Assembly (NCBI GenBank): GCA_964545075.1
Contig: CAZJFS010000001.1
Coordinates: 33,890-97,889 of the forward strand
Source of the DNA: an uncultured bacterium
GTDB lineage: Bacteria > Muiribacteriota > UBA9980
Reading direction: 5' to 3'
Length of the DNA stretch: 64,000 nt
The notes beneath the pieces are model-generated. The model was given only the letters and a program-made list of their open reading frames with translations, searched no databases and was not told the DNA's origin. Made by a program: the position numbers and the translations under genes. Below are positions 47,361 to 57,542 of the stretch, in pieces (within the stretch, counting starts at the first letter, position 1; each line of letters begins with the position of its first letter).

Positions 47361-49592
47361 ATGATAGAAAAACCTCTAATTAAACATCATTTCCAGATGG
47401 AGATCTTGAAAGAAAAAGTTTATCTTTTTTCTGAAAATGAAAATTTTATTCTTAAAGGTCGCCTTTATACCTCAATAGCGTCTCTTATGGATGGAAAAAG
47501 GTCCTGCCACGAAATAGCGGATATGCTTTCGGAAAATTTTTATCCCGCGGAAGTTTATTATGCTTTTGAAATAATGGAAAAAAAAGGCTATATAACCGAG
47601 GATTCACCATGTTTTAACGCTGAAGAAAAAAAATTCTGGAATTCGCTTGGGTTTCATACAAAAGACGTAGAAGAAAAACTTAAAAACACCCATCTTTCGC
47701 TTATATCTATAGGAAATCATCGGAAAATGGCTTCCCTTCTGAAGAAATATAAAATAGAAGTCTCTTCCGAGTCGAAATTTATGGTCGTTATAACGGATGA
47801 TTACATGCACGAAAGCCTTTCGGAGATCAACAGAGAAAACCTGAAAACCTGCAGGCCGTGGCTTCTAGTAAAACCTTCAGGGCTCATCCCTTCAATCGGG
47901 CCGCTTTTTATTCCCGGTAAAACTGCTTGTTATGAGTGCTTTTCCAACCGCTACAAAGCTAACAGGGAAATAAACGATTCTATTTTTCAAAAAATGCTGA
48001 AAGATAAAATTATGCCCTCGGCCACTATGCCTTTTACGGGCGATATTGTTTATCAAATGTCAGTTATGGAGATCGCCAGATATATAGCAGAAGGGAAAAA
48101 TGAAAGACTGGAAGGAAAAATCATAAGTTTTAATTCCCTGAATCTAAAAACAAAGGAACACATTCTCATAAAGCGACCCGAATGTAACTCTTGCGGAAAC
48201 CCTCATGAAAGAAGCCTTCTCTTTCCGGCGCAGATAAATTTACAAAGCAGAAAAAAGACGTATGTCACGGATGGAGATCATAGATCGTGCGACCCAGAAG
48301 CGACATTTGAAAAATATAAACACAATATCAGTGAATTTACAGGAGTTATAGCAAAATTTATAAACAATACAAGCGGTAATAAAGGGCCGCTTCACGTTTA
48401 CTTTTCCGGGCATAATCTCGCCCTTAATCCAGCCCATATAGCGGTCGAAAAGAACAGCCTTAGAAATCTCAGCGCCGGCAAAGGCATGACAGATATTCAG
48501 GCAAAGGTAAGTTCTCTCGCGGAAGCTTTGGAAAGATATTCGGGTATTTTTCGCGGCGACGAATACAGAATAAAAAGCACTTATAAAAAACTTGGCGATC
48601 AGGCAATTCATCCTAATAACTGCATGAATTACAGTAAAAGCCAGTATATAAATAGAATTGCCCTCAATAAAAGGGGGCTTCTTTTTCACACCGTCCCTCT
48701 TCCTTTCGATGAAGACATTGAAATAGAATGGTCTCCCGTCTGGTCTATATCGAAAAAAAACTGGAAATATCTGCCTACTTCTTACTGCTATTTCGGATAT
48801 AGGTATAAATACGAGGACGGCCGTGATTTTTTCGCCTGGGGAGATTCTAACGGTTTCGCTTCAGGCAATACCATAGAAGAAGCCATACTTCATGGTTTTT
48901 TTGAACTCGTAGAAAGAGACGCCGTCGCGATATGGTGGTATAATAAATTAACAAAGCCGGCCGTCGATCTTTCAAGTTTCAATCATCCATATATAAAAAA
49001 ATTAATGGATTATTATAATCTTTTAGGAAGAAACCTGTGGGTATTAGATCTCACTACCGATTTTAATATTCCTGTTTTCGCCGCCATTTCCATGAACCTG
49101 AAAAATAATATGGATGAAATTCTTTTTGCCTTTGGATGTCATTTCGATCCGGAAATTGCTCTTCTCAGATCTCTGTGTGAACTAAACCAGTTCGTTTCAA
49201 TCGCGATCGACAAACCTGAACACGATAACAATCATAATAACGATACGTCAAAGGCATGGTTGAAAAGCGCCGCGGTAAAAGATCATTCATATCTCGTGCC
49301 CGGAAAAACAATAAAAAGATTTCCGGATTATAAATCGCGTGCCACGGACGATCTTCTCAAAGATATACAATTATGTAACCAAGTAGTTGAAGAACTCGGC
49401 ATGGAAATGCTCGTACTCGATCAAACAAGAGCTGACGTAGGAATGAATGTAGTGAAGGTTATCGTACCGGGAATGAGGCATATGTGGGAAAGATTCAAGG
49501 AAGGACGTCTTTATGACGTTCCCGTAAAAATGAGATGGCTATCTGAAAAGAAAAATGAAAAAGAATTAAATCCAATAGGAGTATTTGTATAA
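47361..49592 (+). CDS. Fused E1-like + YcaO cyclodehydratase (PatD/TruD-like), copy 2 (paralog of 42179..44461)
   Basis: 743 aa. N-terminus HHFQMEILKEKVYLFSENENFILKGRLY parallels copy 1. CxxC motifs GKTACYECFSNRY and RPECNSCGNP. YcaO motifs GKGMTDIQAKVSSLAEALERYSG and FFELVERDAVAIWWYN. Both copies look intact. Confidence 0.85.
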   Translation: MIEKPLIKHHFQMEILKEKVYLFSENENFILKGRLYTSIASLMDGKRSCHEIADMLSENFYPAEVYYAFEIMEKKGYITEDSPCFNAEEKKFWNSLGFHTKDVEEKLKNTHLSLISIGNHRKMASLLKKYKIEVSSESKFMVVITDDYMHESLSEINRENLKTCRPWLLVKPSGLIPSIGPLFIPGKTACYECFSNRYKANREINDSIFQKMLKDKIMPSATMPFTGDIVYQMSVMEIARYIAEGKNERLEGKIISFNSLNLKTKEHILIKRPECNSCGNPHERSLLFPAQINLQSRKKTYVTDGDHRSCDPEATFEKYKHNISEFTGVIAKFINNTSGNKGPLHVYFSGHNLALNPAHIAVEKNSLRNLSAGKGMTDIQAKVSSLAEALERYSGIFRGDEYRIKSTYKKLGDQAIHPNNCMNYSKSQYINRIALNKRGLLFHTVPLPFDEDIEIEWSPVWSISKKNWKYLPTSYCYFGYRYKYEDGRDFFAWGDSNGFASGNTIEEAILHGFFELVERDAVAIWWYNKLTKPAVDLSSFNHPYIKKLMDYYNLLGRNLWVLDLTTDFNIPVFAAISMNLKNNMDEILFAFGCHFDPEIALLRSLCELNQFVSIAIDKPEHDNNHNNDTSKAWLKSAAVKDHSYLVPGKTIKRFPDYKSRATDDLLKDIQLCNQVVEELGMEMLVLDQTRADVGMNVVKVIVPGMRHMWERFKEGRLYDVPVKMRWLSEKKNEKELNPIGVFV

Positions 49593-49621
49593 ATGGCAGG
49601 TTTTAAATTTTGGAGGAATAA

Positions 49622-52600
49622 ATGAGCGATAAAAAATTTTTTCGTCTCACGCATCCGCAGAAACGCATCTGGTACACTGAAAAAACATATTTAAATACGG
49701 CATTCGCGAATCTGGCCAACGTCATCAGATACAGGCGTGAAATAAACGTCGAAATTCTCGAAAAAGCTATAAAATCAGTAATCTCAAAGCACGAAGGCAT
49801 TCGCCTCAGACTTTCCGGCGAACGCGAAGGCATCGAAGAATTTCAATACGTTTCTGATTCAATCCCTGAAAAGATCGACCACCTTGATTTTTCAGGCCCG
49901 CGCGGAACGGATAAATTAGAGGAATGGATCTGCTCAAACGCTTCAACCCCGTTTCCGATATTTGACTCCCCGCTTTACTATTTCGCGACCATCCGCTTTG
50001 CAAATAACGATTCGGGCTATTCGGATACGGGATTTTATTTCAAGCTTCATCATATAATTTCCGACGGCTGGACGCTCGCCATTATTTATAATCAGGTTCT
50101 CGATCATTATTTAAAGATTGAAAGCGGACTTGAAAGCGAAATCAGCGACAATCCGACTTATTTGAATTACATCGGGGACGAGGACAATTATTTAACTTCT
50201 CCGGAATTCGCGGAAGACGAAAAATTCTGGTTTGACGACCTGTCAGACAAGCTGGACGTATCATCATTGAATCAGGACAAACCGGTCGCCTCTTCCATAC
50301 GATCTAAAAGGGCTATTTTTACGATTTCAAGAGAATTGCGCGAAAAAATCCACGAATATAAGCGATCGGGAAGCACCACGGTCTTTAAAATTATAACCGC
50401 GGCATTCTTCATATATATTTCGCGCGTCAATTCGGCGAAGAATATAGCGATCACGACGGCCGTCCACGGCCGGAACAATTCAAAAATGAGATCCACCGCG
50501 GGAATGTTCGTCGGCACCATACCATTGCGGATAACGATAGACGGGCGGGACACCTTTGAAAAGATCGTCTCGAGCCTCGGCGAAAAATTGAACTACATAA
50601 TTAAGAAGCCCGCCAGATACCCTTTTGACATGCTCATCAACAGGATGCGCGAAGAAAAAAATCCCAACGCCGATATTATGCTTGAATGCCCGAGCGTCGT
50701 CGGCCATCCTGACGATAAAAACGAGGACATATCGTTTATAAACCATTATCAGAGCTATGAACCTTCATGCCTTGCCATGCACATAAATCCCTTTGGAACC
50801 GACGCAAAAGGCAAACTTGACATCATACTCGATTACCAGACGGAACTATTTTCCCATGAAAATATCGAAACGGTCTTTAATTCACTTTCATGCATATTGA
50901 ACGATGCGCTGGATAACGTTAAAAAGTCCGTCTGCGATTTGAATATGATTTCGGAAGAAGAAAAAAGAAAGGTCTTAGTAGATTTTAACCGGACCGAAGA
51001 ACAATTTTCTGGCGGAGAGACGCTTTTCGATCTTTTCGAGGAGGCGTCAAAAAAATATCCGCGAAGGACGGCGCTCGTTTACGACGACGTTTCCATAACC
51101 TATTCGGAGCTTTCGGACAAAGTCGGGCGGCTCGCCTCGAGGCTCGCGAATCTCGGCGTCGGACCCGAAAAAATAGCGGCGATATACGCGCAACGCTCGC
51201 AATATTACGTTATAGCTATGCTCGCCATAATGAAGGCGGGCGGAGCGTATCTGCCGATCGACGTTTCATATCCCCGCGAACGGGTCAATTTCATGCTTAA
51301 AGACGCCGAAGTCTCGGCCGTGCTTACCATGGAAAACCTTAACGATAAATTCGACTGCGACGCTTCACGCGTCTTTTTAGATGACGAAAATTCATATACC
51401 GGCGCTCCATGCGATTTAAAATCTCAGGCTGCGGCAAGAAATCTCGCGTATATAATATATACCTCGGGTTCCACCGGCAAACCCAAAGGCGTTATGATAG
51501 AACACCGCTCGGCCGTAAACATGATATGCTGGAGCATAAAGCATTATCAAATGAGCCACCAGGACCGGTGCGCCCAGTTCGCGTCGTTCGCTTTCGACGC
51601 CTCGGTGCCGCAGACATTTTCGCCTCTCGCCAGAGGCGCGGAGCTTCATATTTTAAAAGACGATTTGCGTTATTCGCCATTGCTCGCCAACGATTATTTT
51701 GAAAAAAACGGCATAACCTATGCCGATCTTCCGACCCAGTTCTGCGAGCAATTCATCAGGGAAACGAACAATCACTCGTTAAGAAGGGCTACCACTGGCG
51801 GTGAAAAATTAAAAAATGCGCCGGAGAACATAAATTTCGTGCTTACCGATGAATACGGCCCGACCGAATGCACCGTCACCGCGACATATTATGACGTGGA
51901 CGGAAAATATTCAAAGACGCCCATTGGAAAACCTATATCTAACATCAGGGTGTATATTCTCGATAAAAAAGATCTTCCCGTTCCGGTAGGAGCGCCGGGA
52001 GAACTATGCGTCGCGGGCGCGGGCCTGGCCAGAGGCTATCTCAACAGGCCCGAGCTGACGGTGGAAAAATTCGTCGCCGACCCGTTCATGCCGGGCGAAA
52101 AAATGTACCGCACCGGCGATCTCGCCAGGTGGCTGCCCGACGGCAATATCGATTATCTCGGCCGCATCGATCATCAAGTCAAAATAAGAGGATTCAGAGT
52201 CGAGCTGGAAGAGATACAAAATGAGATAATCAAACATCCAATGGTCAGCGACGCCGTTATAGCGAACGGCAAGAACGCCGACGGCGATGATTTTATTTCG
52301 GCGCATATAATACTGAAAAAAGAAGCGGACGGGATTAATTTTTCACATGAGCGAATCAATGAATTTCTTTCAAAAACTCTTCCAAATTATATGCTGCCCT
52401 CGAAAATAATGTTCATCGACAGGATACCGCTGACATCGGGCGGCAAGGCCGATAAAAAAGCGCTTCTGGCAATGCTGCCTGAAGAAGGCCGACTGGCCGC
52501 GTTCGTCGCGCCGTCGAATGAAACGGAAAAAACGCTGGCCGGAATCTGGTCGGAACTTTTAAACGTCAAAAAAATCGGCGTAACGGATGATTTTTTTGAG

Positions 52601-55600
52601 CTCGGCGGCCATTCGCTGAAAGCGGCCTCTCTTCAATTGAGCGTTAAAAAGGCTTTCGCAGTTGAAATATCGCTTCACGATATTTTTTCGGCCCCGACGA
52701 TAAAGGCGCTGGCCGGAATCATTAAAAATAATTCGCGCACGGCCGGTTCTTCGATCACGCGAGCGCCTGAAAGAAAACACTATCCGCTTTCAGCCGCGCA
52801 AAAAAGGCTTTTCGTGATGGACCGGATATCCGGCGGAAAAACCACATATAACCTGACCTCGGCATTTAAGATACGCGGCCCGCTCGACGCGACGAGGTTT
52901 GGAAACGCCATTCGCGCGGCCATCGAAAGGCATTCGGCTTTCGGCACCCGCTTCGAGGAGGTCGACGGCGAGCCGGTGGCCGTCATCGAAAAAAACGTTA
53001 AATTCAAACGCAATTATATTGAAACCAATGAAGAAAGCGCCATCGCAGCGATCAGGGATTTCATAAAGCCTTTCGATCTTAAAAGAGCGCCGCTTTTCAG
53101 GATACTGCTCATTAAGTACGCCGAAGACGGGCATATTTTCGTCTTCGACGCCCATCACATAATTTTCGATGGTATATCGTCTAACGTATTTATGCATGAA
53201 ATCTGCGAGTTATACGCCGGACGCACTTTAGAAAAACTCGAATTCGATTATCAGGATTACGCGGTATGGCAGAACGAGGTCATGCCCGAATCCTCTTCAA
53301 TTCAAAAACAGCAGGATTACTGGTTGAACGTTTTTAAAAACGACGTCGAGCCCCTTGAGATCCCGACCTCCAGGCCCAGAAATGCCGACATATCATATTC
53401 GGGTTCGAGGGTGCTTTTAAATCTCGACGGGCTTTCAAACGATCTTGAAAAGCTTTCGACGAGATGCTCGGCGACTAATTTCACGACGCTGATGGCTTTA
53501 TTTTTCGTATTGCTGCATAAATATTCCGGCCAGTCCGATATCGTTTCAGGGGTTCCGGCCGCCGGCCGTGAAAACGCCGAATTCGAGAAAACCGTCGGCA
53601 TGTTCGTGAACACTCTGGCCATAAGATCTTACCCGGAAGCATGTAAGCCCTTCGCTTCGTTCGTAAATGAAATTAAAAATTCCTTTGTTTCGGCGCTCGA
53701 CAATCAACAATATCAGTTCGACCGGCTCGTCGAAAAGCTCGGCTTGAAACGCATGCCGGGCCGCAATCCTCTCTTCGACGTCATGTTCGCCTATGAAGAC
53801 ATGGAAAACTCGACCTTCAAAACGGAAAACATCGAAATGACCAATTACGCCTTCGACGCCGGCATATCGAAATTCGACCTCACTCTTTTCGCCTCGCGCG
53901 GAAACGGCTCTCTGGAACTTTCGCTCGAATACCGCGACTCTCTTTTTGAAAGAGCCATGGCTGAGAGGTTTTTAAATCATTTCGCCGCTCTCTTGAAAAA
54001 CGCCGCGGCCGATCCCGAAGCCACGATAGGCGACATCGACGCAATGGGGGAAAACGACCTTCAAAAATTAATACGAGGTTTCAATGCAACCGGCGCCGCT
54101 TATCCGGCGGACACCACTCTAATCTCGCTTTTCGAAAAAAAAGCCTCGGAAAGCCCTGATTTGTGCGCGCTCGTATATGACGGTAAAACAATGACTTACT
54201 CGGAACTCAATGAAAAGGCCAACCGCCTCGCGTGGCGGCTCAAAGAAAATATATATTCTAAAAATGAAATATTCGGGATACTCCTAGACCGATCTTTTGA
54301 AATGGTGGTTTCGATACTTGCGGCGCTCAAGGCCGGCGGCGCTTACCTTCCTATAGATCCGTCCTATCCGGCCGAAAGGATAGAGTATGTCATTTCAGAC
54401 AGCGGGATTAAAACGCTTTTAACCGAAAAAAAGCATATGGCGGCCGTTTCCTTTAATAACAATATGATCGATATTCATGAAGGAACATCGTATTCCGCCA
54501 GAACCGAAAACCCCGAACCCGTAAATAGCGGCGAGGACATAATATACATAATTTATACTTCCGGTTCCACGGGCCGGCCGAAAGGCGTAATGGTAAAGCA
54601 CAAGGGCGCGCTCAATTATATCTGGTGGTGCAAAAAAGTCTACGCCGAAGACGGCGCGTGCGATTTTCCGCTTTATTCCTCCATATCTTTCGATCTCACC
54701 GTAACTTCCATATTCACTCCGCTTATTTGCGGCGGAAAGATCGTCATATACGGCGAGCGTGAAAAGGAAACGCTTATCGACAGAATTATAGCGGAAGATA
54801 ACGTCGATATAGTGAAGCTCACTCCAACTCACCTTCAGATCATTGAAGGTATGAAGATAAACTGTAAAAAGATCAGAAAATTCATAGTCGGCGGCGAAGA
54901 TCTCAAGGCCGATCTGGCCATGAAGATATTCAAAAAATTCAATAATAAAATCCGGATATTCAACGAATATGGCCCGACGGAAACCACCGTCGGCTGCATG
55001 ATCTACGAATTTTCACCTTCCGACGCAAAAGCGTTATCGGTTCCGATAGGAATTCCGGCCGCGAACACCATGATTTACATACTTGGAAAAGACCTGAAAC
55101 CCGTTCTTCCCGGAACGACGGGCGAGATATATATTTCCGGAGACGGCGTGGCCCGCGGATATCTCAATAAAAGCGAAATGACTGCCGCTAAATTCGTCAG
55201 CGATCCGTTCAACCCGGAAAGGACAATGTACAAAACCGGCGATCTTGCGCGAATGCTTCCAAGCTGGAATGTAGAATTTCTGGGGCGCATCGACGATCAG
55301 GTAAAACTCAGAGGCTTCAGGATCGAGATTGGAGAGATCGAGGCCGAACTTTTAAGGCATTCATCGATCCGCGAAACCGCAGTATTATTAAGGGAAGACG
55401 CGCAGTCGGGCAAATATCTTTGCGCATACTACACCGTTTCAGGCGAAACCGGGCCCGGGCCCGAGCCTGATATTAAAGAGCTCAAGGCGCACCTCGCCAA
55501 ACGGCTGCCTTATTATTTCATTCCGGACGTTTTCATGAAGCTTGAAAATATTCCGGTAACGGCCAACGGCAAACTGGACAGAAAGGCGCTGCCGGACCCG

Positions 55601-57523
55601 CGCGAAAACGCGGACGCAAGGGCGCAATATGCAAGCCCCCGAAACGATACCGAACGATACATGGCGAAAGTCTGGTCCGATATTCTCGGCGTAAAACGGA
55701 TAGGTATCGACGATAATTTTTTCGAGCTCGGCGGTCATTCCCTAAAAGCGGTTAAAGTCGCGATGCGGCTTTCGGGCGATTTTGAAATTTCCGTCAACGA
55801 TATTTTTGAGCATCAGAGCATACGCAGCTTATCGGAATCGGTGAAGCCCGTTTCAGGAAATTTAAAAACGAAACTCAACGAATTGAAATATTTCGCGCCG
55901 CGGCCGATGAAAATGCGGGATGAAAAGATACTTCAAAAACTTCAAGAATATAACGAATCAATTCAAAAAATCGAATATACTGCGACGGATCGGCAAAAAA
56001 AATATGAAAACATCTTTCTCAGCGGTTCCACGGGTTATTTAGGTTCATACATTCTTAACGAGCTCCTCGAAAATAAAAGCGGAAATATACATCTTTTGAT
56101 AAGGGCGAAAGATCGCGATGAAGCATTTTCGCGCCTTAAAGAAAGATATGAATATTATTTCGGGAAAGGCTCGCTCGATAAACACGGCGGCAGGATCTTC
56201 GCGCACGCCGGCGATCTGTCAAAAGAAAATTTCGCGCTCGCGAACGATGAATATTCCATCTTATGCAAAAGCGTGGACTGCATAATTAATTCAGCGGCCG
56301 ATGTGAGGCATTTCGGACATTATCAGCAATTTTTCGACGCCAACGTATCGAGCCTGGAAAATCTTATAAAATTCGCGTCGACAGAAAAAAACAAGGACAT
56401 AAACCACATTTCCACGATGTCGGTGGCTTCGGGGGACATCTCCGGAGTTTCAGAAACGCTTTTCACCGAAGATGACGTAGATATCGGACAAGCGCTGACA
56501 AATTACTATCTCAAGACGAAGTTTCTGGCGGAAAAAGCCGCGGTTGCGGCAAGATCAGCCGAAATAAGCGTCAATATATTCAGGGTGGGAAACCTCACAT
56601 TCAATTCGAAAACGGGATTGTGTCAGCGCAATATCCAGGAAAACGCCTTTTATAAAATAATAAAATCCCTTACCGTCCTCGGATACGTTCCAAATTCATC
56701 CGATGAAGCCGAATTTTCATTCGTCGATTGCGCCGCCCGCGCAATAACGCTCTTATTCGACAGAAATGAAAACGGGATCTTCCACATAGTCAACCCTAAA
56801 GCCGTAAAGCTTTCAAAGCTGCTTTCGGCGGTTGAAACCGGGCTCGATATAAAGGTGTGCGATTTTAAAAGCTTTATCGGCGAACTTCAAAAAAATTGCG
56901 ACGACAGAATTTTCAGGCCGGAAATAGACGAACTTTTGCTTCACCGCGACTGGGCCGATGAAATGCAATGCCAGACAAGATATTGCACGCTTTCAGACCG
57001 GACGGTCAATCTGCTTTTAAAACTGGGTTTTGAATGGCCCGACGCTGACGGTTCGAAATGCTTCGAAATGATAGTCACGGCGCTCGGCGAGCGGATAAAT
57101 TTTTTGAAACGCCATCCCTTGTTCGCGAAATTATCCGACAAAACGATTAAACGCGCGGCCCTGATGATGCGCGAAATACATTATAAAGACGAGGAAACGA
57201 TCGCGTGGGAAAACGAACCTTCCCCGGGGGCGAACATTATAACCGAAGGCGTGGTCGAAATATCGATGCATTCGAAAAATTCATGGATCGGCACGATCGG
57301 CGTCCTTGGAAAAGACGAACTTATCGGATTCGACAGCGCATTTAACGGAGGGATTTCAAGCATCATAGCTGGGGCCGTCATGGGACAGGCCAACGCTTTA
57401 TATATTTCAAATGAAAATATTATCAAAATAGCTATGATAGAACCGCTTTTTGCGATCAATATCGCGTCGGAATTATCTAAAAAATTGATCAATGCGCAAA
57501 ATATAATAATCAATCTCGACTGA
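49622..57523 (+). CDS. Bimodular non-ribosomal peptide synthetase C-A-T-C-A-T-R with an extra C-terminal cNMP-binding-like domain
   Basis: 2633 aa, SD GGAGG. C1 HHIISDGWT (aa ~143). A1 YTSGSTGKPKGV (~aa 610) and YRTGDLARW...GRIDHQVKIRGFRVELEEI. T1 FFELGGHSLKA (~aa 990). C2 HHIIFDGIS (~aa 1175). A2 YTSGSTGRPKGV (~aa 1644) and YKTGDLARM...GRIDDQVKLRGFRIEIGEIE. T2 FFELGGHSLKA (~aa 2037). Thioester reductase LSGSTGYLGSYILNELL (~aa 2135). The last ~140 aa match the cNMP-binding fold. Starts 29 nt after the second cyclodehydratase gene. Confidence 0.9.
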   Translation: MSDKKFFRLTHPQKRIWYTEKTYLNTAFANLANVIRYRREINVEILEKAIKSVISKHEGIRLRLSGEREGIEEFQYVSDSIPEKIDHLDFSGPRGTDKLEEWICSNASTPFPIFDSPLYYFATIRFANNDSGYSDTGFYFKLHHIISDGWTLAIIYNQVLDHYLKIESGLESEISDNPTYLNYIGDEDNYLTSPEFAEDEKFWFDDLSDKLDVSSLNQDKPVASSIRSKRAIFTISRELREKIHEYKRSGSTTVFKIITAAFFIYISRVNSAKNIAITTAVHGRNNSKMRSTAGMFVGTIPLRITIDGRDTFEKIVSSLGEKLNYIIKKPARYPFDMLINRMREEKNPNADIMLECPSVVGHPDDKNEDISFINHYQSYEPSCLAMHINPFGTDAKGKLDIILDYQTELFSHENIETVFNSLSCILNDALDNVKKSVCDLNMISEEEKRKVLVDFNRTEEQFSGGETLFDLFEEASKKYPRRTALVYDDVSITYSELSDKVGRLASRLANLGVGPEKIAAIYAQRSQYYVIAMLAIMKAGGAYLPIDVSYPRERVNFMLKDAEVSAVLTMENLNDKFDCDASRVFLDDENSYTGAPCDLKSQAAARNLAYIIYTSGSTGKPKGVMIEHRSAVNMICWSIKHYQMSHQDRCAQFASFAFDASVPQTFSPLARGAELHILKDDLRYSPLLANDYFEKNGITYADLPTQFCEQFIRETNNHSLRRATTGGEKLKNAPENINFVLTDEYGPTECTVTATYYDVDGKYSKTPIGKPISNIRVYILDKKDLPVPVGAPGELCVAGAGLARGYLNRPELTVEKFVADPFMPGEKMYRTGDLARWLPDGNIDYLGRIDHQVKIRGFRVELEEIQNEIIKHPMVSDAVIANGKNADGDDFISAHIILKKEADGINFSHERINEFLSKTLPNYMLPSKIMFIDRIPLTSGGKADKKALLAMLPEEGRLAAFVAPSNETEKTLAGIWSELLNVKKIGVTDDFFELGGHSLKAASLQLSVKKAFAVEISLHDIFSAPTIKALAGIIKNNSRTAGSSITRAPERKHYPLSAAQKRLFVMDRISGGKTTYNLTSAFKIRGPLDATRFGNAIRAAIERHSAFGTRFEEVDGEPVAVIEKNVKFKRNYIETNEESAIAAIRDFIKPFDLKRAPLFRILLIKYAEDGHIFVFDAHHIIFDGISSNVFMHEICELYAGRTLEKLEFDYQDYAVWQNEVMPESSSIQKQQDYWLNVFKNDVEPLEIPTSRPRNADISYSGSRVLLNLDGLSNDLEKLSTRCSATNFTTLMALFFVLLHKYSGQSDIVSGVPAAGRENAEFEKTVGMFVNTLAIRSYPEACKPFASFVNEIKNSFVSALDNQQYQFDRLVEKLGLKRMPGRNPLFDVMFAYEDMENSTFKTENIEMTNYAFDAGISKFDLTLFASRGNGSLELSLEYRDSLFERAMAERFLNHFAALLKNAAADPEATIGDIDAMGENDLQKLIRGFNATGAAYPADTTLISLFEKKASESPDLCALVYDGKTMTYSELNEKANRLAWRLKENIYSKNEIFGILLDRSFEMVVSILAALKAGGAYLPIDPSYPAERIEYVISDSGIKTLLTEKKHMAAVSFNNNMIDIHEGTSYSARTENPEPVNSGEDIIYIIYTSGSTGRPKGVMVKHKGALNYIWWCKKVYAEDGACDFPLYSSISFDLTVTSIFTPLICGGKIVIYGEREKETLIDRIIAEDNVDIVKLTPTHLQIIEGMKINCKKIRKFIVGGEDLKADLAMKIFKKFNNKIRIFNEYGPTETTVGCMIYEFSPSDAKALSVPIGIPAANTMIYILGKDLKPVLPGTTGEIYISGDGVARGYLNKSEMTAAKFVSDPFNPERTMYKTGDLARMLPSWNVEFLGRIDDQVKLRGFRIEIGEIEAELLRHSSIRETAVLLREDAQSGKYLCAYYTVSGETGPGPEPDIKELKAHLAKRLPYYFIPDVFMKLENIPVTANGKLDRKALPDPRENADARAQYASPRNDTERYMAKVWSDILGVKRIGIDDNFFELGGHSLKAVKVAMRLSGDFEISVNDIFEHQSIRSLSESVKPVSGNLKTKLNELKYFAPRPMKMRDEKILQKLQEYNESIQKIEYTATDRQKKYENIFLSGSTGYLGSYILNELLENKSGNIHLLIRAKDRDEAFSRLKERYEYYFGKGSLDKHGGRIFAHAGDLSKENFALANDEYSILCKSVDCIINSAADVRHFGHYQQFFDANVSSLENLIKFASTEKNKDINHISTMSVASGDISGVSETLFTEDDVDIGQALTNYYLKTKFLAEKAAVAARSAEISVNIFRVGNLTFNSKTGLCQRNIQENAFYKIIKSLTVLGYVPNSSDEAEFSFVDCAARAITLLFDRNENGIFHIVNPKAVKLSKLLSAVETGLDIKVCDFKSFIGELQKNCDDRIFRPEIDELLLHRDWADEMQCQTRYCTLSDRTVNLLLKLGFEWPDADGSKCFEMIVTALGERINFLKRHPLFAKLSDKTIKRAALMMREIHYKDEETIAWENEPSPGANIITEGVVEISMHSKNSWIGTIGVLGKDELIGFDSAFNGGISSIIAGAVMGQANALYISNENIIKIAMIEPLFAINIASELSKKLINAQNIIINLD
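57100..57520 (+). other. C-terminal cyclic-nucleotide-binding (CAP-effector)-like domain within the NRPS (coordinates approximate)
   Basis: LKRHPLFAKLSDKTIKRAALMMREIHYKDEETIAWENEPSPGANIITEGVVEISMH...GVLGKDELIGFDSAF...ALYISNENIIKIAMIEPLFAINIASELSKKL follows the cNMP-binding consensus (hP.F..L.......a.....y..ge.I..eG......y.I..G.v......g.l..Ge.fGe.a........A.....l.....f..l....P.f...l...l). Confidence 0.5.
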
Positions 57524-57542
57524 TAACGGAGGAAGGAAAAAA

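Noticed and set aside
47361-49592. Whether the second E1-YcaO gene is a decayed duplicate (pseudogene)
   Set aside because: Reading frame is intact over 743 codons. Both Zn CxxC motifs, the YcaO ATP-binding EALERYSG / ELVERDAV motifs and the C-terminal region are conserved relative to copy 1.
49806-55738. Many 60-137-aa ORFs on the minus strand and in alternative + frames inside the NRPS gene (e.g. 50272..50553, 51409..51702, 52004..52306, 52790..53197, 54419..54832, 55439..55738)
   Set aside because: All are fully embedded in, or antisense to, the 7.9-kb NRPS reading frame, whose domain motifs are continuous. None has an SD or recognisable motifs. They are shadow ORFs.
57100-57523. Possibility that the NRPS C-terminal extension is a thioesterase or a second reductase subdomain
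   Set aside because: No GxSxG lipase motif and no Rossmann GxxGxxG. The sequence instead follows the cNMP-binding beta-barrel consensus, so it is kept as a cNMP-binding-like call at moderate confidence.
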